Part shown: positions 21,652 to 25,081 of the stretch, piece after piece
How positions within the stretch are numbered: position 1 is the stretch's first letter
How the letters are laid out: every line of letters begins with the position of its first letter
Source of the DNA: Saprospiraceae bacterium
Lineage (GTDB): Bacteria; Bacteroidota; Bacteroidia; Chitinophagales; Saprospiraceae
Length of the DNA stretch: 25,081 nucleotides
Assembly: GCA_022763215.1 (NCBI GenBank)
Contig: JALEHC010000221.1
Location: 1-25,081 of the forward strand
Direction of reading: 5' to 3'
Position numbers and translations under genes: made by a program
Notes under the pieces: generated by a model
Databases searched by the model: none
Told to the model about the DNA's origin: nothing
Seen by the model: the letters and a program-made list of their open reading frames with translations, nothing else

Positions 21652-23787
21652 TTACAGTAAGCTATCCGCTTTGGCCTGATTTAGGCCGAGTTGCGAAATG
21701 GTATTCATCAGTTCGTTGACCAATGGTTTTTCATTGTCACTCACTTTATTCTGTAGTTTGAGCATCAGGGCTGCCATGCTTAGGTTTTTGAGGTCTTCTG
21801 ACTTAAAGCCAGCCCCTTTTACCAGTTGGCTAATTTGGCCAAGCATACCCTTGCTGCTGTCGCCATTGCCGATCAAAGCATGTTTGAAGTCCGTCAATTG
21901 CTGGCTACTTCCAACCAGGCGATCAACTGTTTTTCCACGATTGATGGCATTCATGATGTTGTTGATGAAGGTCTCTTCGCCCCCAACGATATCGATATTT
22001 GCCTGCTTGAAGGCTTCTGCCAATGCCAATGCCTGTGCTTCGGCTATTGCTTTTTGTACTTCGATATTGGCCAATTCGACCTGCTTGTCTTTCTCCAAGC
22101 GTAGCTTGAACTCTTCGTGCTCTTTGCCCACACCGTCGAGTGCTTTCATGGCTTTTGCTTTCTGCTCTACGCCTTTGGCTTCGGCCAACAGCTTCTCTTC
22201 TTGTACTTTCGCTTCCGCTAGACCCGTCTTTTCGATCACTTCTGACTCAGCCAGACCTTTCTTTTGAAGCACTTCTGCTTCCAGTATGCCTTGTTTGTGG
22301 GCAGCTTCCGCTTTCGCTGAAATACCAGTTGCTTCCGCTTTTGCTTTCTTCTCAATTACTACGGCTTCGAGTGTACCTTCTTGCTCACGTGCTTTGGCTT
22401 TCGCCTCAATAACCTGAGCTTCTGACAATCCAATAGTTGCTTCTTCTGCTGCTTTCGCTTCCGCGTTAATCTTACGAGCTTCTGCATCTCTTTCTGCTGC
22501 ATTTTTCTTCGCTTCCGCGTCGATCAGCAACTTCTCTGCCTGAATTTCAGCCGCTAGTTTGGCTGCTTCCGCTTCTTTTGACTGGCGAATAACAGAAGAT
22601 TCTCCTTCTTCCTGGGCTTTGATCACCGCTACTTGCTTCGAACGATTGGCAGCAGCTACTTCACGTGTATCTTTTATTTTCTCTTCTTCGTCTACCACTT
22701 TCTTCTCAACCATGATGCGCTCTTTGATCACATCTTGGATATTCTTTCTTTCTTCTTCGATTGCACGCTCTTTCTCAATTTCAGCCAGTGTAACGATGCG
22801 TTCTTTTTCTGTTTGCTCCAGCAAACGATCTTTTTCTACGCGCTCCGTTTCTACCGCATCTGCTCTTTCTTTGCTCTTTTGAGCAACAATGACTTGGCGT
22901 AATTTATTTTCTTCGGCAATTTGTAGTTCTTCTTCTGTGCGAATGCGAACCATTTCAGAGCGGAGGCGCTCCTCCTCATTGATCTTGGCTATTTCTGCAT
23001 TTTCGCGAGCTTGGATGTTAGCGATTTCACGCTTTTGGCGTTCCTCTTTTTCTGCTAATTGGCGCTCGTATTCGAGTATCGCTTCACGAGCTTCAACATC
23101 TTGCTCTTTAATCGTCTTTTCTTCTTCTCTGCGGATGAAGTTGGCCTTAATTTTCTGGGTAGCAGTTAGTTCTGTAATCTTTTTGATACCTTCTGCATCG
23201 AGGATGTTGTTGATTTTGAGGTGTTCCAACTCTGTCTGCTCTAGGAAATCAATTGCACAGTCATCCAGCACATAACCATTCAGGTCTTGGCCAATGGTGG
23301 TAATAATTTCCTGCTTGAAGCGGTCGCGATTGTCGTAGAGTTCTACAAACTCAAATCGTTTACCAACTGTTTTGAGGGCTTCTGAGAATTTAGCTTCAAA
23401 CAACTCGCGCAGGGTAGTATGATCAGAGGCACGTTTACAGCCAATAGATTGCGCTACGTTTTTGATTTGTTCTTTGTCTTTAATCACTCGAACGAAAAAG
23501 ACCACTTTGATGTCTGCCCGAATATTATCGCTACAGATCAAACCTTCTTGTTTCATTCGACTGATTTCCACGGTTTTGACAGAAAGGTCCATCAATTCTA
23601 CCATGTGAATAACCGGGATGACAAACATACCTTTGTCGTATTCCACAGCCGTGCCGCCTTGGCCTGTACGGACCATGGCAACGCCCTGAGGTACTTTTTT
23701 GTAGAAAGAGACAAATACAATAATTATCATGAAGGCAATTACAGCAATGGCTCCTCCAATAATTAAAGCTATCGTTGTTCCAGTCAT
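21652..23787 (-). CDS. Flotillin-family protein (SPFH/band-7 domain plus long Ala/Glu/Lys-rich coiled coil), YqiK-like.
   Basis: The N-terminal TM helix (IALIIGGAIAVIAFMIIIVFV) is followed by the SPFH core (GVAMVRTGQGGTAVEYDKGMFVIPVIHMVELMDLSVKTVEI...). About 350 aa of EA/KA-rich heptad-like repeats follow (EERLRSEM..., AEAKAAEEA..., EAKAKARE...). The C-terminal domain is conserved in flotillins. Confidence 0.85.
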   Translation of the reverse strand: MTGTTIALIIGGAIAVIAFMIIIVFVSFYKKVPQGVAMVRTGQGGTAVEYDKGMFVIPVIHMVELMDLSVKTVEISRMKQEGLICSDNIRADIKVVFFVRVIKDKEQIKNVAQSIGCKRASDHTTLRELFEAKFSEALKTVGKRFEFVELYDNRDRFKQEIITTIGQDLNGYVLDDCAIDFLEQTELEHLKINNILDAEGIKKITELTATQKIKANFIRREEEKTIKEQDVEAREAILEYERQLAEKEERQKREIANIQARENAEIAKINEEERLRSEMVRIRTEEELQIAEENKLRQVIVAQKSKERADAVETERVEKDRLLEQTEKERIVTLAEIEKERAIEEERKNIQDVIKERIMVEKKVVDEEEKIKDTREVAAANRSKQVAVIKAQEEGESSVIRQSKEAEAAKLAAEIQAEKLLIDAEAKKNAAERDAEARKINAEAKAAEEATIGLSEAQVIEAKAKAREQEGTLEAVVIEKKAKAEATGISAKAEAAHKQGILEAEVLQKKGLAESEVIEKTGLAEAKVQEEKLLAEAKGVEQKAKAMKALDGVGKEHEEFKLRLEKDKQVELANIEVQKAIAEAQALALAEAFKQANIDIVGGEETFINNIMNAINRGKTVDRLVGSSQQLTDFKHALIGNGDSSKGMLGQISQLVKGAGFKSEDLKNLSMAALMLKLQNKVSDNEKPLVNELMNTISQLGLNQAKADSLL

Positions 23788-23946
23788 ATTTTGAGGTTTA
23801 AAATTTTTTCTAAAGTTTTGTTTTGAAAGCTTCCTGAGATAGGAGTATCCCAGGAAGCTAATAACCCATCACTCACCTTCATCCGAAAGTGGAGGGTAAT
23901 TGAATGATCAATGACTTCATGGCTTTATAGTTTGGGGTCCAAAAAT

Positions 23947-24624
23947 TTATTCATGTTCTGCTAAAGCTCGTACCAAGAAGAATTTTTTATCTTCTGTACG
24001 GCCTATGATAAGTGCTTTTTGTCCTTTTTTGAAAGCTCCGCTTTCTGAATCTGTTTTGATACTAATCAATAGTGGATTACCATCGTAGAGTACTTCTGCC
24101 TGTCCGACTTGACCATTGCCGGTCGGAAAACGCATGGTACAAACCTGACCGATGTAATCAATAGGAGCTACACCTTTGCTGCTGTAGTCTTTGAACACAG
24201 GTATCAAAGGCATACTCAAGACTTTAGTAATCAGTAAGCCTGCTACCAGATTCGGAAAAAGTAAAACCAATGCAAAAATCAGTGTCCCACCTCCCGGAAG
24301 TGTTTGGTTGGCCCAAATTGATATAATCCACATACTGGTGACCAGAAAGGTCATCAGAAACATGAAAGGTACTTTTCCGAAGTTGAAAAAATGTAAAGCA
24401 CCTGCGATACTAAAGGCTGAGCCTTCCACCTCCAAATCGGCATCTGCATCGACATCAACATCCAAGTCCATATCCACATCTGCATCCATGTCGACATCCA
24501 TATCAAATGCACCGAGGTCCATTACACCAATGACGACGCTGATCCAGTACAGGATGACTATCATCAAAAGAATCGTATACACGATGTTGGGAGGGGAGCC
24601 TGCCGCATGGAGTAGTTCTTGCAT
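23947..24624 (-). CDS. NfeD-like / YqiJ-family (DUF1449-type) inner-membrane protein with a C-terminal OB-fold. It is the partner of the downstream flotillin.
   Basis: ATG at 24624 (complement). There are four TM helices. The C-terminal beta-rich segment GQVCTMRFPTGNGQVGQAEVLYDGNPLLISIKTD...GQKALIIGRTEDKKFFLVRAL is typical of the NfeD OB-fold. The gene lies 159 nt upstream of the flotillin gene on the same strand, matching the yqiJ-yqiK arrangement. Confidence 0.7.
   Translation of the reverse strand: MQELLHAAGSPPNIVYTILLMIVILYWISVVIGVMDLGAFDMDVDMDADVDMDLDVDVDADADLEVEGSAFSIAGALHFFNFGKVPFMFLMTFLVTSMWIISIWANQTLPGGGTLIFALVLLFPNLVAGLLITKVLSMPLIPVFKDYSSKGVAPIDYIGQVCTMRFPTGNGQVGQAEVLYDGNPLLISIKTDSESGAFKKGQKALIIGRTEDKKFFLVRALAEHE
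24424..24507 (-). repeat. Coding hexanucleotide-periodic tract (GAT-NNN)13 encoding (Asp-X)13 (DMDVDMDADVDMDLDVDVDADADLEVE) in the first extracytoplasmic loop of the YqiJ-like protein.
   Basis: On the plus strand the tract reads gcatc/gacatc/aacatc/caagtc/catatc/cacatc/tgcatc/catgtc/gacatc/catatc. The antisense frame yields the mirror SASASTSTSKSISTSAS low-complexity ORF. Confidence 0.8.
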
Positions 24625-24680
24625 ACGTTTGGAATTTAAGGGTTATCGAATAGTTTAAGTTATCATCAGTTTTCAAAAAT

Positions 24681-24760
24681 CAGGCCTTCTCCGTTGTCTT
24701 CATATGTTTCATTTGTACTTGTCTCATTTATCGGTCTTCGGGTCAATTGGAGAAGGCCTG
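24681..24760 (-). promoter_or_regulatory. Perfect 12-bp inverted repeat (CAGGCCTTCTCC / GGAGAAGGCCTG) with a 56-nt spacer, followed on the minus strand by an ATTTTTG tract. It is a candidate leader attenuator or terminator of an upstream gene lying beyond the window.
   Basis: 5' arm 24681-24692 and 3' arm 24749-24760. On the minus strand the structure ends 45 nt upstream of the yqiJ-like ATG. Confidence 0.35.
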
Positions 24761-25081
24761 TATGTAATCATTTAGGTTAATTGGGTGATTGTGTTTCAAT
24801 GGTTTATACAGCTAAGGATAGAAATGCTAGCCATAGCTTGGGTGTATGGGGATAAAGAACTTTCAAGATATTCCAAATTTGGTTGATTTAATAATGCCGG
24901 ATTATAATTTTTGGCTGGAAAGCCAAATACCCGGGGTTTCAAGCAATTGTATTGCTTGAGTTGCTATTATGTAGGTGATTTCTTTGTGTGTATGTCGGTA
25001 ATTGTAGTACTAAATTGCACTAAAACACGATAAAAGTCGAGTTTCCTCGCCAAAGCTGGATGAAATCTCGACAAAAGTTAA

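Noticed and set aside
21698-23766. Multiple plus-strand ORFs (189, 92, 90, 107, 89, 128 and 115 aa) opposite the flotillin gene.
   Set aside because: Their products are Ser/Leu/Phe/Ala-rich low-complexity translations of the antisense of GAA/GCN/AAR-rich coiled-coil codons. They are antisense artefacts.
24191-24658. 155-aa plus-strand ORF opposite the yqiJ-like gene, containing SASASTSTSKSISTSASMSTSIS.
   Set aside because: It mirrors the (GAT-NNN)13 coding repeat on the other strand. The minus-strand product has TM helices plus an NfeD OB-fold and is clearly the real gene.
1-25081. Searched by eye for CRISPR arrays, tRNA/rRNA/tmRNA/RNase P/SRP RNA, IS transposases and integrases.
   Set aside because: There are no regularly spaced direct repeats, no tRNA-like cloverleaf candidates and no transposase or integrase-like ORFs. 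A GGGAAAGTCCG string at ~21112 resembles an RNase P motif but lies inside the lipoprotein CDS with no surrounding P RNA structure.

Overview
The window is a chromosomal segment of a Bacteroidota gliding bacterium. The phylum is inferred from T9SS C-terminal sorting domains of both type A and type B, a PorP/SprF gene, absence of Shine-Dalgarno sequences, and TAnnTTTG-type -7 promoter elements. The contents, by coordinate:

1. The 3' ~5.9 kb of a giant SprB-like cell-surface adhesin (1-5907, plus strand), truncated at the window edge. It carries three tandem cohesin-like modules, about 18 SprB-type repeats and a T9SS type B CTD.
2. The canonical partner PorP/SprF outer-membrane protein gene (6010-6987).
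3. A roughly 3.3 kb AT-rich stretch, containing orphan terminator-like hairpins and a small two-gene minus-strand operon of unknown membrane proteins (9349 to 8013).
4. Two tandem paralogous T9SS type A cargo genes (10296-14273 and 14656-17400). Each encodes HYR/Ig-like modules, a dockerin-like dual F-hand module, then a cohesin-like module, then a Por_Secre_tail CTD.
5. A YraN-family gene with a TTG start, convergent with a RimJ-like GNAT acetyltransferase gene and overlapping it at the stop codons.
6. A gene for a 4-TM class III nucleotidyl cyclase, a lipoprotein gene, and a flotillin (YqiK-like) plus NfeD/YqiJ-like operon on the minus strand.

No rRNA, tRNA, CRISPR array, transposase or integrase was detected by eye.

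The most interesting hypothesis is a non-cellulosomal cohesin-dockerin cell-surface assembly system built on T9SS substrates: a cohesin-bearing motile SprB-type scaffold with dockerin+cohesin-bearing secreted partners. Secondary observations:
- A three-copy family of terminator-like hairpin repeats with a conserved TTTGGGATGGCC 5' flank.
- A shared ATACCC-N6-GGGTAT palindrome at two loci.
- An (Asp-X)13 repeat encoded by a hexanucleotide-periodic tract in the YqiJ-like protein.
- Possibly non-canonical substrate-specifying residues in the cyclase.
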